64,000 nucleotides of DNA, taken from Occultella glacieicola (GTDB lineage: Bacteria > Actinomycetota > Actinomycetes > Actinomycetales > Beutenbergiaceae). The stretch spans positions 62,001 through 126,000 of the forward strand of contig NZ_SMNA01000006.1 of NCBI RefSeq assembly GCF_004353825.1, written 5' to 3'. A model generated the notes under the pieces. The model was not told the origin of the DNA, made no database searches, and saw only the letters and a list, made by a program, of their open reading frames with translations. The translations under genes were made by a program, and so were the position numbers. Shown one piece after another: positions 44,430 to 54,180 of this stretch (position 1 is its first letter; each line of letters begins with the position of its first letter).

Positions 44430-45415
44430 TGGCCGACACCGCCGAGGACCGCCTGGTCCGCATGCTCGCCCTGATCACCTACCTGGAGGGGCACCCGAGC
44501 GTTCCGGTCGCGGACGTGGCCGCGCACTTCGGCGTCACGGAGGGCCAGGTCCTCCTGGACATCGACACCCTGTGGGTCGCCGGGACCCCCGGCTACCTGC
44601 CCGACGACCTGATCGACTTCTCGGTCGACGACCACGAGCAGAACCGGCTCACCCTCACCAACGCGCGGGGGATGGATCGCCCGCTCCGGCTCGGCCCGCA
44701 GGAGGCGGTGGCACTCCTGGTCGCGCTCCGCTCGCTGCAGGCCACCCCGGCTCTCGCCCAGGACCCGGTCCTGGCGTCCACGATCGACAAGCTGCGGGCG
44801 GCCGCGGGGGAGGCGGCCGGCGCCGCGGACGCCGTCGACGTGTACGTCGGCGCCGAGGACGTCGGCGAGCGACTCAGCGCCCTGCGCTCGGCGCTGGCCG
44901 ACGGCCGGCAGGTGCGGCTGCGCTACGTGTCCGGGTCCGACGTCGTCAGCGAGCGGGTCGTGGACCCGCTGCAGCTGCTCACCGACGCCGAGCGGTGGTT
45001 CCTCTACGCGTGGTGCCACCGCGCCGACGGCGTCCGGCAGTTCCGGCTGGACCGGATGCTGGAGGTCGAGGTGCTCGACTCCGGCGCCCCGGCACACCCG
45101 GACGTGGCCCTGACCGGGAGCACCGACCCCGAACTCACGACGGCGCAGTGGCATGTGCGCCTCGAGCTCGCCTCCCGGGCGCGCTGGGTCGCTGAGAAGT
45201 ACCCCAGCGCGGCCGTGACCGACCTCGAGGAGGGCTGGTTCGCCGTCGAACTGGACGTCGTGAACCTGGCCTGGTTGCACAACCTGGTGCTCGGCCTCGG
45301 CGCGGACGTGCGCGCGGTGCAACCGCCCGAGGTCGCGGAGTCGATCGCCGAGCGGGCGCAGGCCGCCCTGGATGCCTATGGCGCCCTCGACGGCGGTGCC
45401 GGGGCCCCGCAGTAG
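44429..45415 (+). CDS. pafC: WYL-domain transcriptional activator PafC
   Basis: RLVRMLALITYL, G.PGY.PDDLID, RVVDP, WFLYAWCH, RQFRLDRM. Confidence 0.88.
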   Translation: MADTAEDRLVRMLALITYLEGHPSVPVADVAAHFGVTEGQVLLDIDTLWVAGTPGYLPDDLIDFSVDDHEQNRLTLTNARGMDRPLRLGPQEAVALLVALRSLQATPALAQDPVLASTIDKLRAAAGEAAGAADAVDVYVGAEDVGERLSALRSALADGRQVRLRYVSGSDVVSERVVDPLQLLTDAERWFLYAWCHRADGVRQFRLDRMLEVEVLDSGAPAHPDVALTGSTDPELTTAQWHVRLELASRARWVAEKYPSAAVTDLEEGWFAVELDVVNLAWLHNLVLGLGADVRAVQPPEVAESIAERAQAALDAYGALDGGAGAPQ

Positions 45416-45425
45416 GCTGGCGGTC

Positions 45426-45758
45426 ATGCTCTGGTTCAGTGTGTGGACGGTCCTCGTCCTCGGCACCCTCGTGGGGGCGTTCCTCCTCGGTCGCCGGTTG
45501 TGGCGGTCGGCGAAGGCGCTGATGGCGCAGGCGGGGGAGACCTCCCGCGTGATGGCCGACCTGTCCGCGAAGGTGGCCGAACTGGAGGCCGCCGCCGGGG
45601 CGACTCGCACGTTCACCCCCGACCTGGCCGCCACCCAGGAACAACGTGAGAACTGGCGGGCCAGGCGCGCCGAGAATCTGGCTTCGCGGCGCGCGCGGGT
45701 GCAGGCGCGGCGATCGCGTACCCTGGCGAGGTGGCGCTCGATCGGGATCCCGTTCTAG
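45426..45758 (+). CDS. Small membrane-anchored hypothetical protein
   Basis: N-terminal TM WFSVWTVLVLGTLVGAFLLGRRLWR; TAGGCT-N7-ATG; between pafC and tatA. Confidence 0.7.
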   Translation: MLWFSVWTVLVLGTLVGAFLLGRRLWRSAKALMAQAGETSRVMADLSAKVAELEAAAGATRTFTPDLAATQEQRENWRARRAENLASRRARVQARRSRTLARWRSIGIPF

Positions 45759-45821
45759 TGCGGCGCCGCGCAGACGTTAGACTGAGCACATCACCATCCT
45801 CAAGGCGGAGGGCCTGAGCCC

Positions 45822-46109
45822 ATGCGATTGCAACCGGTACACCTGATCATCCTTCTCGTTCTCGTCCTTCTGATCTTCGGGGCCGCCAAGTTGCCGGACA
45901 TCACCCGCAACGTGGGCAAGTCCATGAAGATCTTCAAGCAGGAGGTCAAGGAGCTCCGGGATGACACCGACCCGAACCAGCCGCCGGCCACGGGCTCGGA
46001 CGCCACGCCGCCCGCCGCCGGCACCGACGCTCCGACGGTGACCACGCCGCCCCAGCAGGGCGGTGGGGGCACACCACCTGGCAGCGCGCCGGGCGATACC
46101 AACCGCTAA
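45822..46109 (+). CDS. tatA: Twin-arginine translocase TatA
   Basis: HLIILLVLVLLIFGAAKLP...GKSMKIFKQE; RBS GGAGG. Confidence 0.93.
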   Translation: MRLQPVHLIILLVLVLLIFGAAKLPDITRNVGKSMKIFKQEVKELRDDTDPNQPPATGSDATPPAAGTDAPTVTTPPQQGGGGTPPGSAPGDTNR

Positions 46110-46115
46110 CGCCCG

Positions 46116-46940
46116 GTGGCCCTGAACACAGGGGCGCGCAAGAGCAATCCCGAAGCGCGGATGGCCTTGACCGCGCACCTACGTGAACTCCGGAAGCGAG
46201 TCGTCCTGGCCGCGATCGGCCTGGCGGTCGGTGCCGTGGTCGGCTGGATCCTGTACGACCCGGTGTTCAAGGCGCTGCAGGCGCCCGTGGACGACCTGGT
46301 GGCCGAGGGGCGCATGGCCGCGCTCAACTTCGGCGGGATCGCCACCTCGTTCGACATCAAGATCCGGGTCGCCCTGTTCGTCGGAGCCTTCATCAGTTCA
46401 CCCTGGTGGATCTACCAGGCGTGGGCGTTCATCACGCCGGGCCTGACGAAGAAGGAGCGGCGCAACGCCATCGGCTTCGTCGCGGCGGCGGTGCCTCTGT
46501 TCCTCGCCGGGGCCTATCTGGCCTGGTCGGTGCTGCCGAACGCGGTCCGGATCCTGACCGAGTTCACGCCCGAGGGTTCGGTGAACTGGATCAGCGCCGA
46601 CGTCTACCTGAAGTTCGTCATGCAGTTCATGCTGGCCTTCGGCGCCGCGTTCCTGATGCCGCTGGTCATGGTCGTGGTGACGTTCCTCGGGCTCGTGCGA
46701 GGCACGACCTGGCTCAAGGGCTGGCGCTGGGCGCTCGTCGGGATCTTCACGTTCTGTGCGTTCGCGACCCCGACCCCGGACGCGATCTCGATGATCCTGC
46801 TCGCGCTGCCGATCATCGCCCTGTACTTCATCGCGGTCCTGATCTGTATCCGGCATGACAAGCGCCGGGACAAGCGCCGCGCCGAGGAGGACGCCAAGCT
46901 CGACGCGGCCCTCGCGGATGACACGACGTCCGCGGCCTGA
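46116..46940 (+). CDS. tatC: Twin-arginine translocase TatC
   Basis: HLRELRKR, YQAWAFITPGL, ATPTPD. Confidence 0.95.
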   Translation: MALNTGARKSNPEARMALTAHLRELRKRVVLAAIGLAVGAVVGWILYDPVFKALQAPVDDLVAEGRMAALNFGGIATSFDIKIRVALFVGAFISSPWWIYQAWAFITPGLTKKERRNAIGFVAAAVPLFLAGAYLAWSVLPNAVRILTEFTPEGSVNWISADVYLKFVMQFMLAFGAAFLMPLVMVVVTFLGLVRGTTWLKGWRWALVGIFTFCAFATPTPDAISMILLALPIIALYFIAVLICIRHDKRRDKRRAEEDAKLDAALADDTTSAA

Positions 46941-46986
46941 GACACCCGCATCGCGTGAGAGGTCCTGAACGCGGGCGCCGCCCGAA

Positions 46987-47928
46987 ATGAGCCGACTTGG
47001 GGTCCTGGTCAACCCGTCCGCCGGGCACGGGCGTGGCACCACCGGGGGACGTGACGCCGTCGCCGGGCTGGCCAGGTCCGGGCACGAGGTCATCGACCTG
47101 TCCGGACGCACCGCCGCCGAGGCGCTCGCCAACGCGCGGGCAGCGCTCTGGGAACTCGACGCCGTCGTGGTGGTCGGTGGTGACGGCATGGTGCACCTGG
47201 GCGTGAACGCCGTCGCCGGCACGAACCTCCCGCTCGGGATCGTGCCGTTCGGCAGCGGCAACGACTTCGCCCGGTGCATGGGGCTGCCGGTCCACGACGT
47301 GCCCGCGGCCGTCGCCCTGATCCTGGCCGCCCTCGACCGACCGCCCCGGATCATCGACGCGATCGCCACCCGGGTGCACAACCCGGAGGCGGCCCCGGAG
47401 CAGGAGACGGCCGTGGAGTGGACGGCGTGCATCCTCTCGGCGGGATTCGACGCCGCGGTGAACGGTCGGGCGAACGACTTCACCTGGCCGAAGGGGGAGG
47501 CGCGGTACCTGCGGGGGGTGGCCGCCGAACTGATCGGGTTCCGCCCGTACGGATACCGGCTCACCATCGACGGAGTGGTCCGCGAACAGGACGCCACCCT
47601 GGTGGCGCTGGCGAATGCGAGGTCCTTCGGCGGGGGCATCCCGATCGCCCCGGATGCCGAGGTCGACGACGGCCTGATCGATGTGGTCATCGGGGACGCG
47701 ATGGGTCGGGGACAGGTGCTGCGGTTGTTCACCAAGCTCCTCAAGGGCGCCCACCTGGGTGATCCCAAGGTGCACGTGGTCCGCGCCCGCGAGGTGATCA
47801 TGGAGGCCCTGCCGGGTCATCGCTCGCCGCCGCAGGTCTTCGCCGACGGTGAGCCGCTCGGCTCCCTGCCGATCCACGCCCGGCTGCGGCCCGGCGCGCT
47901 GCGGCTGTTGGCGCCCGCGGACGCCTAG
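46987..47928 (+). CDS. Diacylglycerol/lipid kinase family protein
   Basis: NPSAG, GGDG, P.GSGNDFAR, FGGG, ADGE. Confidence 0.92.
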   Translation: MSRLGVLVNPSAGHGRGTTGGRDAVAGLARSGHEVIDLSGRTAAEALANARAALWELDAVVVVGGDGMVHLGVNAVAGTNLPLGIVPFGSGNDFARCMGLPVHDVPAAVALILAALDRPPRIIDAIATRVHNPEAAPEQETAVEWTACILSAGFDAAVNGRANDFTWPKGEARYLRGVAAELIGFRPYGYRLTIDGVVREQDATLVALANARSFGGGIPIAPDAEVDDGLIDVVIGDAMGRGQVLRLFTKLLKGAHLGDPKVHVVRAREVIMEALPGHRSPPQVFADGEPLGSLPIHARLRPGALRLLAPADA

Positions 47929-47938
47929 TCTGGGAGGC

Positions 47939-50737
47939 ATGTCCTCACCAGCCGAGCGATACGCGGCTGCCCGTCAGCGGCACCAGGATTCGCGCACCCG
48001 GCTCGGCGCGTTCCGCGCCGGCCTGGCCTTCGACCTCGACGAGTTCCAGATCCAGGCCTGCGAGGCCGTCGAGGCCGGTCGGGGGGTGCTCGTGGCAGCA
48101 CCGACCGGGGCGGGCAAGACCGTGGTCGGCGAGTTCGCCGTCGACCTCGGCCTGAAGACCGGCCGCAAGGCGTTCTACACGACGCCGATCAAGGCCCTGT
48201 CGAACCAGAAATTCACCGACCTGCAGCGCCGGTACGGGCCCGAGCACGTCGGCCTGCTCACCGGGGACACCTCGATCAACGGGGACGCGCCGATCGTGGT
48301 GATGACCACCGAGGTGCTGCGGAACATGCTCTACAGCGACTCGCCGGCGCTGACCGGCCTCGGGTTCGTGGTCATGGACGAGGTGCACTATCTCGCCGAC
48401 CGGTTCCGTGGTCCGGTCTGGGAAGAGGTGATCCTGCACCTGGCCGACGACGTGCAGGTGGTCTCCCTGTCCGCGACGGTCTCGAACGCGGAGGAGTTCG
48501 GGGACTGGCTCACCGAGGTCCGCGGCGACACCGCGGTGGTGGTCTCCGAGGTTCGCCCGGTCCCGTTGTGGCAGCACGTGATGGTGAACAAGACCGTGCT
48601 GGACCTGTACAGCTCGAACGTGGACCCGACCAGGCCCGGGGTGAACCCGCCGATCAACCCGGACCTCGTCGAAGCCATCCGGGCCTCCGAGCGGGGCGGT
48701 CGGCCGGGCGAGCGCACCCGCGGCGCACGCGGCGACCGCCGCGGCGGCAAGGGCCGCTACCACCAACGCGGCCCGCTGGTGCGACCGCCGTCGCGGCCGG
48801 TGATGGTGGACCGGTTGGACCGGGCCGGGCTGCTCCCGGCGATCGTGTTCATCTTCTCCCGGGCGGGTTGTGAGGCCGCGGTCACCCAGGTGTTGCTCAG
48901 CGGCATCTCGCTGACCTCGCCGGCCGAGCGCAAGCAGATCGCCGCGATCGTGGAGGAGCGCTGCGCGAGTCTGCCCGCCGAGGACCTGGACGTCCTGAAC
49001 TACTGGTCCTGGCAGCAGGCGCTGCTGCACGGGGTGGCGGCCCACCACGCCGGGCTGCTCCCGGTGTTCAAGGAGACCGTCGAGGCGCTGTTCGCCGCGG
49101 GTCTCGTCAAGGTCGTGTTCGCCACCGAGACCCTCGCCCTGGGGATCAACATGCCGGCCCGGTCGGTGGTCCTGGAGAAGTTGACCAAGTGGGACGGGCG
49201 CGCCCACGCGGAGGTGACGCCGGGGGAGTACACCCAACTCACCGGCCGCGCCGGGCGACGTGGCATCGACGTGGAGGGACACGCCGTCGTCCTCTACTCC
49301 TCGGGCCTGGACCCGGTGGCTCTCGCTGGTCTGGCGAGCCGGCGCACCTACCCGCTCCGGTCCCGGTTCCGGCCCACCTACAACATGGCCGTGAACCTGA
49401 TCTCGGCGTCCGGGTGGACCCGGACCCGGGAGGTGCTCGAGACCTCGTTCGCGCAGTTCCAGGCGGACCGTGGCGTGGTGGGCCTGGCCCGGCAGGCGCG
49501 AACGCTCTCGGAGGGCCTGGCCGGCTACACCGAGGCGATGACCTGCCACCTCGGTGACTTCGAGGAGTACATGCAGTTGCGTCGGGACATCAAGGCTCGC
49601 GAGAGCGAGTTGTCCCGGTCCCGGTCCCGAGCGCAGCGGGAGGCGGTCAACACCGCGGTGGCGCACCTGCAACGCGGCGATGTGGTGCAGATCCCCACCG
49701 GGCGACGGGCGGGCTACGCCGTCGTCCTCGAGCCACCCGGCCCGCCGGGTCTTGACGGTCCGGCACTGACCCTGCTCACCGGCGACGGCAAGGTCCGCAA
49801 GCTCTCCGGCGCGGACGTGCCCTACGGCACGAGTTCCCTCACCCGGGTCCGGATCCCGAAGGCGTTCAACTCCCGGCGACCCGCGGACCGGCGTGACCTC
49901 ACCTCGTCCATGCGGAACGCGCTCGGTGCACTCGCCGACGACGCGCCGCGCACCCGCCATGGCGAGCGGCCGGCGTCGACCGCCACCACCGACACCGAAC
50001 TCGGCCGCCTCAAGCAGGCGCTTCGCTCACACCCGTGCCACGGCTGCTCCGACCGGGAGAACCATGCGCGGTGGGCCGAGCGGGCGGTGAAGCTCGCCGA
50101 CGAGCACGAGGCCCTGCTGCGACGGATCGAAGGCCGTACCTCCTCGATCGCCCGCGACTTCGAGAAGGTCTGCGAGGTCCTCGGATCGCTGCACTACCTG
50201 GAGGGCACCGGCGAGGACACCACCGTGACCGAGCAGGGGGCCTGGCTCCGGCGCCTGTACGCCGAGAAGGACCTCGTGCTCGCGGAGTGCCTGCGGTCCG
50301 GGTCCTGGGCCGACCTCGACGCCGCAGGCCTCGCGGCCGTGGTCTCCACGGTGCTGTACTCCTCCCGGTCCGACGAGGAACGGCCCGCACCGCGGCTGCC
50401 CGGTGGGCCCGGCGGCACCCTCGCCCGGGCCGTCCAGGGGACCGTGCTGATCTCCCAGGACCTCGAAGAACTCGAGCGGCAGCACGGGCTGCAGGCCGTC
50501 GAGCCGGTCGACCTCGGCCTGGTCCGGTCGATCCACCAGTGGGCGAGCGGCTCCACCCTGGAGGACGTCCTCGACGGCACCGATCTGGCCGCCGGGGACT
50601 TCGTGCGGTGGGCCAAGCAGGTCATCGACCTACTCGACCAGCTCACGCTGGCCGCGCCCACGCCCGCCCTGCGCCGCACCGCCCGAGCCGCGATCGAATC
50701 CGTGCGTCGCGGCATCGTCGCGCACGGCACCGTGTGA
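47939..50737 (+). CDS. helY: Ski2-like DEVH-box RNA helicase HelY
   Basis: APTGAGKT, TPIKALSNQK, MDEVH, LSAT, ATETLALGINMPAR, QLTGRAGRRG, DSHCT-like GDFVRW. Confidence 0.93.
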   Translation: MSSPAERYAAARQRHQDSRTRLGAFRAGLAFDLDEFQIQACEAVEAGRGVLVAAPTGAGKTVVGEFAVDLGLKTGRKAFYTTPIKALSNQKFTDLQRRYGPEHVGLLTGDTSINGDAPIVVMTTEVLRNMLYSDSPALTGLGFVVMDEVHYLADRFRGPVWEEVILHLADDVQVVSLSATVSNAEEFGDWLTEVRGDTAVVVSEVRPVPLWQHVMVNKTVLDLYSSNVDPTRPGVNPPINPDLVEAIRASERGGRPGERTRGARGDRRGGKGRYHQRGPLVRPPSRPVMVDRLDRAGLLPAIVFIFSRAGCEAAVTQVLLSGISLTSPAERKQIAAIVEERCASLPAEDLDVLNYWSWQQALLHGVAAHHAGLLPVFKETVEALFAAGLVKVVFATETLALGINMPARSVVLEKLTKWDGRAHAEVTPGEYTQLTGRAGRRGIDVEGHAVVLYSSGLDPVALAGLASRRTYPLRSRFRPTYNMAVNLISASGWTRTREVLETSFAQFQADRGVVGLARQARTLSEGLAGYTEAMTCHLGDFEEYMQLRRDIKARESELSRSRSRAQREAVNTAVAHLQRGDVVQIPTGRRAGYAVVLEPPGPPGLDGPALTLLTGDGKVRKLSGADVPYGTSSLTRVRIPKAFNSRRPADRRDLTSSMRNALGALADDAPRTRHGERPASTATTDTELGRLKQALRSHPCHGCSDRENHARWAERAVKLADEHEALLRRIEGRTSSIARDFEKVCEVLGSLHYLEGTGEDTTVTEQGAWLRRLYAEKDLVLAECLRSGSWADLDAAGLAAVVSTVLYSSRSDEERPAPRLPGGPGGTLARAVQGTVLISQDLEELERQHGLQAVEPVDLGLVRSIHQWASGSTLEDVLDGTDLAAGDFVRWAKQVIDLLDQLTLAAPTPALRRTARAAIESVRRGIVAHGTV

Positions 50738-50928
50738 CCGTCCTCCTCGAGCCGGGTCGTCCGGACCGGCCTGGTCACGATGTGAGACGTGCTCGTTCCT
50801 TCTGTCGGATGGCCTAGCGGGCCGCCAGCCGACACACCCCCACGACACGCCGAGCAGCGAGATCTTTTTGTGACCTCAGGGGGTCGCGCTGACCTGCGCG
50901 AACGCCCCTGACCTGCATCGATGCGGTG

Positions 50929-50957
50929 TTGGCGCGACCCGATCGGACGGGTAAGTT
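50929..50957 (+). promoter_or_regulatory. SigA-type promoter of the candidate sRNA
   Basis: TTGGCG (50929-50934)-N17-TAAGTT (50952-50957); two CTGACCTGC repeats upstream (50889-50897, 50908-50916). Confidence 0.6.
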
Positions 50958-50963
50958 CTCGTG

Positions 50964-51120
50964 TCACTACCTCGCCGGGGAGGCGGGTGGGCACCGACTA
51001 GGCCCGCGGGTTCACTAGACAACGAGGGGGCAGTTCCCTGCCGTCGCGGACCGAAGGATCCGCGGGCTGGTCGGTGGTAGAGCACGCCGGGTGGCTCGGC
51101 GTCCGGGACCGTTCGGACCG
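50964..51120 (+). ncRNA. Candidate structured small RNA (family not recognised)
   Basis: Stem 50992-51013 / 51056-51076 whose non-Watson-Crick positions are G-U on the + strand; 9x9-nt internal loop; apical stem GGCAG-TTCC-CTGCC; flanking hairpins; own promoter. Confidence 0.55.
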
Positions 51121-51156
51121 TCAACCGTAGCCCGCTGGGCCACGTATCCTGCAACG

Positions 51157-52857
51157 GTGTCCCCGTTCACACCGCCCCGATGGCTCACGCTGCTCCTCGC
51201 CGTCGTCGGCGGCCTGGTCACCGACACGGCTTTCCCGCAGCGCTCGTGGTGGCCGATGGCGTTCGTCGGGATCGCGCTCCTGATCATCGCACTGGGTCGG
51301 GACAGCGCCCGGTGGGCCTGGCTGGTCGGCTTCGTCTGGGGTCTGGCGTTCTTCCTGCCGCATATCTGGTGGGCCAACGAAGCGGTCGGAGTGATCCCCT
51401 GGGTGGCACTGTCCGTGGCCGAGGCAGCGATCGCCGGAATCGCCTGCGCCACTTGGATCTGGGTCCGCCGGATCGACTGGGTGGAGCGGCACCGGTTCGC
51501 GCAGCCGGTCGCGTTCGCGATCATCTGGGTGACCCTGGAGCAACTGCGTCAGGTGTGGCCGTTCGGTGGGTTCCCGTGGGGTCGGCTGGCCTTCTCGCAG
51601 ACGGATGGGCCGTTGCTCGCGCTCGCCTCGGTCGCCGGAGCACCCCTCGTCTCGGCCGCCGTCGTGATCGTCGGGTTCCTGCTCGCCGAGACCGTCCTCG
51701 GGCTGCGCCGGGTGCGGATCCTGACGGCCTCGACGGCGGCCCTCGCCGGTGCGGCGATCGTCGCCGCCACGGGGTTGATCCCGCTGCCCACGCAGGCCGA
51801 GAGTGGCGAACTGAACATCGGGGCGGTCCAGGGGAACGTGTCCGAACCGGGGCTGGGTGCGTTCAACAACGCACGCGAGGTGCTGAACAACCATGCGGCG
51901 GGAACCGAGGAACTGGCGCAGTCCCGTCCCGAGGGTTGGTTCGACCTGGTGGTGTGGCCGGAGAACTCCTCGGACATCAATCCCCGGGTGGACGAGGACG
52001 CGGCCGACGTGATCGACGGCGCCGTCGACGCCGTCCAGGCCCCGCTGCTGTTCGGCACCGACTCCTACACCGAGGTCGCCCGGTACAACGACATGGTGCT
52101 GTGGATGCCCGACGATGGGCCGGTGTTCTCCTACTCCAAGCAGATCCCCGCGGCGTTCGCCGAGTACATCCCGCTGCGCTCGATCGCCCGGGTCTTCTCC
52201 TCCGCCGTGGACCTGGTCCGCACGGACATGGCCCCGGGCACCGAGATCGCGCTCGTGCCGGTCCCGGTGGCCCGGCTGGACCGGATCGTCCCCGTCGGCC
52301 CGATCATCTGCTTCGAGGTCGCCTACGACGCGCTGATCCGCGAGTCCGCCCTTGGTGGTGCCGAGGTGCTCGTCGTACCCACGAACAACGCCTCGTTCGG
52401 ATACACCCAGGAGTCCACGCAGCAGTTCGCGATGTCCCGGTTGCGCGCGGTCGAGCACGGCCGCGCGACGATCCAGATCTCGACGGTCGGCGTCAGCGGC
52501 GTCATCGGACCGGACGGCACGGTCTGGGAGGACACCGCCTTGTTCACGCCGGACCACCTGTCCGCGACCGTCCCACTGCGCACGACCCTCACGATCGCGG
52601 ACCGCCTCGGCGACTGGCCGATCATCGCGGCGACCGCGCTGACCGTACTCGGTCTGCTGGCCGGGATCGTCGCGACGATCCGGCGCCGCCGCGAGGGGCG
52701 GCCCGACGGTCTTGCGACGGGCGTCTCCGCGGGAGCGGCGCCCACCGAGCCGGAGCCCGCCACGGGGGGCCACCGAACACGCGAGACCTCCGCGGAGGCT
52801 GCGGACGCGCTGCCCGCCGCGACCGAGGCTGCCACGCCCGCGAACGAGCGCGCGTGA
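51157..52857 (+). CDS. lnt: Apolipoprotein N-acyltransferase
   Basis: PFGGFPWG, VQGNV, VWPENS, K...FAEY, ICFEV, TNNA; TATCCT-N6-GTG start. Confidence 0.94.
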   Translation: MSPFTPPRWLTLLLAVVGGLVTDTAFPQRSWWPMAFVGIALLIIALGRDSARWAWLVGFVWGLAFFLPHIWWANEAVGVIPWVALSVAEAAIAGIACATWIWVRRIDWVERHRFAQPVAFAIIWVTLEQLRQVWPFGGFPWGRLAFSQTDGPLLALASVAGAPLVSAAVVIVGFLLAETVLGLRRVRILTASTAALAGAAIVAATGLIPLPTQAESGELNIGAVQGNVSEPGLGAFNNAREVLNNHAAGTEELAQSRPEGWFDLVVWPENSSDINPRVDEDAADVIDGAVDAVQAPLLFGTDSYTEVARYNDMVLWMPDDGPVFSYSKQIPAAFAEYIPLRSIARVFSSAVDLVRTDMAPGTEIALVPVPVARLDRIVPVGPIICFEVAYDALIRESALGGAEVLVVPTNNASFGYTQESTQQFAMSRLRAVEHGRATIQISTVGVSGVIGPDGTVWEDTALFTPDHLSATVPLRTTLTIADRLGDWPIIAATALTVLGLLAGIVATIRRRREGRPDGLATGVSAGAAPTEPEPATGGHRTRETSAEAADALPAATEAATPANERA

Positions 52858-53666
52858 GCACTGCCGAACCGGGCGGTGCCCGAGCGTCCGCGGGCGAGGG
52901 GTCGGAACGTCCCGGGACCATCCTGGTGATCGTCCCGACCTACAACGAGCGCGCAGCCCTGCCGGGCACGCTGGCCCGGCTCCGGGCCGCCGTGCCGTCC
53001 GCCGACGTCCTCGTGGTCGACGACGGCAGCCCGGATGGTACGGGGGAGTGGGTCGACGAGGTGGCCGCCTCGGACCCGCAGGTGCATGTTCTGCACCGGA
53101 CGTCCAAGGAGGGGCTCGGGCGGGCCTACATCGCGGGCTTCCGGTGGGGACTGGCGCGCGGGTACGAGCTGCTCGTGGAGATGGACGCTGATTCCTCGCA
53201 CCGGCCCGAGGACCTACCCCGGCTGCTCGACGCGGCGTGCCCCGGGGTGGACCTGGTCATCGGATCCCGGTGGGTGCCGGGCGGCCGGACCGAGAACTGG
53301 CCGCTGTCACGGTCCCTGCTCAGCCGCGGCGCGAACACCTACGCGAATCTCGCGATCGGGCTGCGGGTGAAGGACGCGACGGCGGGGTTCCGGGTCTACC
53401 GGGCGGACACGCTCCGGGCGATCGAGCTAGAGGACGTCAATTCCGCCGGATACTGCTTCCAGATCGACATGACCTGGCGGGTCCGACGCGCCGGCGGCAC
53501 CATCGTGGAGGTGCCGATCACGTTCGTGGAGCGCGTCGAGGGGGAGTCGAAGATGAGCCGCGACATCGTTGTGGAGGCCCTCTGGCGCGTCACTGCCTGG
53601 GGCGCGCAGGCGCGCTCCAGGCAGTTCGGCGGTCGTGTCTCTCAGGCGCTACGCCGGCGGGCCTGA
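52854..53666 (+). CDS. ppm1: Polyprenol monophosphomannose synthase (GT2)
   Basis: IVPTYNE, VDDGSPDGTG, GLGRAY, EMDADSSH, GSRWVPGG, EVPITFVER; GTGA overlap with lnt. Confidence 0.93.
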   Translation: MSTAEPGGARASAGEGSERPGTILVIVPTYNERAALPGTLARLRAAVPSADVLVVDDGSPDGTGEWVDEVAASDPQVHVLHRTSKEGLGRAYIAGFRWGLARGYELLVEMDADSSHRPEDLPRLLDAACPGVDLVIGSRWVPGGRTENWPLSRSLLSRGANTYANLAIGLRVKDATAGFRVYRADTLRAIELEDVNSAGYCFQIDMTWRVRRAGGTIVEVPITFVERVEGESKMSRDIVVEALWRVTAWGAQARSRQFGGRVSQALRRRA

Positions 53667-53989
53667 CCACTGCGGAGCAGCGCCAGCCGTTCGTCGAGGA
53701 GCACCTCGAGCTCCTTGATGGTGCGGCGCTCCAGGAGCATGTCCCAGTGAGTACGAACGTGCTTCGTGGGCTTGGCCTCCGGGCGAGTGGCGTCGCGCAG
53801 GAGGGCCTCGCCGCCGCCGGGGGCCTCCCAGACCGGGGGGATCTCGGCTTCCGCGGCGAACGGAATCACGATGACCCGGCCATCCGGGCAGTCGTAGATC
53901 GCTTGGACCCGGGGGGCCAGCTCGACGCCCTCGTCCGTCTCCATGCTGTTCGCGCCGATCTTCATGCCGCGCAGTGCTCGGTCAGCCAT
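53642..53989 (-). CDS. rbpA: RNA polymerase-binding protein RbpA
   Basis: MADRALRG, PF..EAEIP..W, RTHWDMLLERR...EL..LL.ERL; RBS AAGGAGGAG. Confidence 0.95.
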   Translation of the reverse strand: MADRALRGMKIGANSMETDEGVELAPRVQAIYDCPDGRVIVIPFAAEAEIPPVWEAPGGGEALLRDATRPEAKPTKHVRTHWDMLLERRTIKELEVLLDERLALLRSGQARRRSA

Positions 53990-54180
53990 CGCACTCCTCC
54001 TTGTGTCAGTGGTGCGTTCCAATTGGTCCAACGGCCGAGGCGTCGGCGCTGTTCCGGCCCGGGGTGAAGGTGATGTGAAGTTCGCGCAGGGAGAACGTGG
54101 CCGGATCCCGGGGTCTCGCATCCCGGGATCGGCTCCCGCGTGATATCAGGGGAATCCGACCTCGCATAGGCTCTGACGAC

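Noticed and set aside
43425..45415. WYL proteins as defence-island regulators
   Set aside because: Tandem pair before tatAC-helY is the housekeeping pafBC locus
54004..54025. TGTCAGTG near rbpA as a PafBC site
   Set aside because: Hexamer at the required spacing is CAATTG, not TAnnnT, and it points away from rbpA
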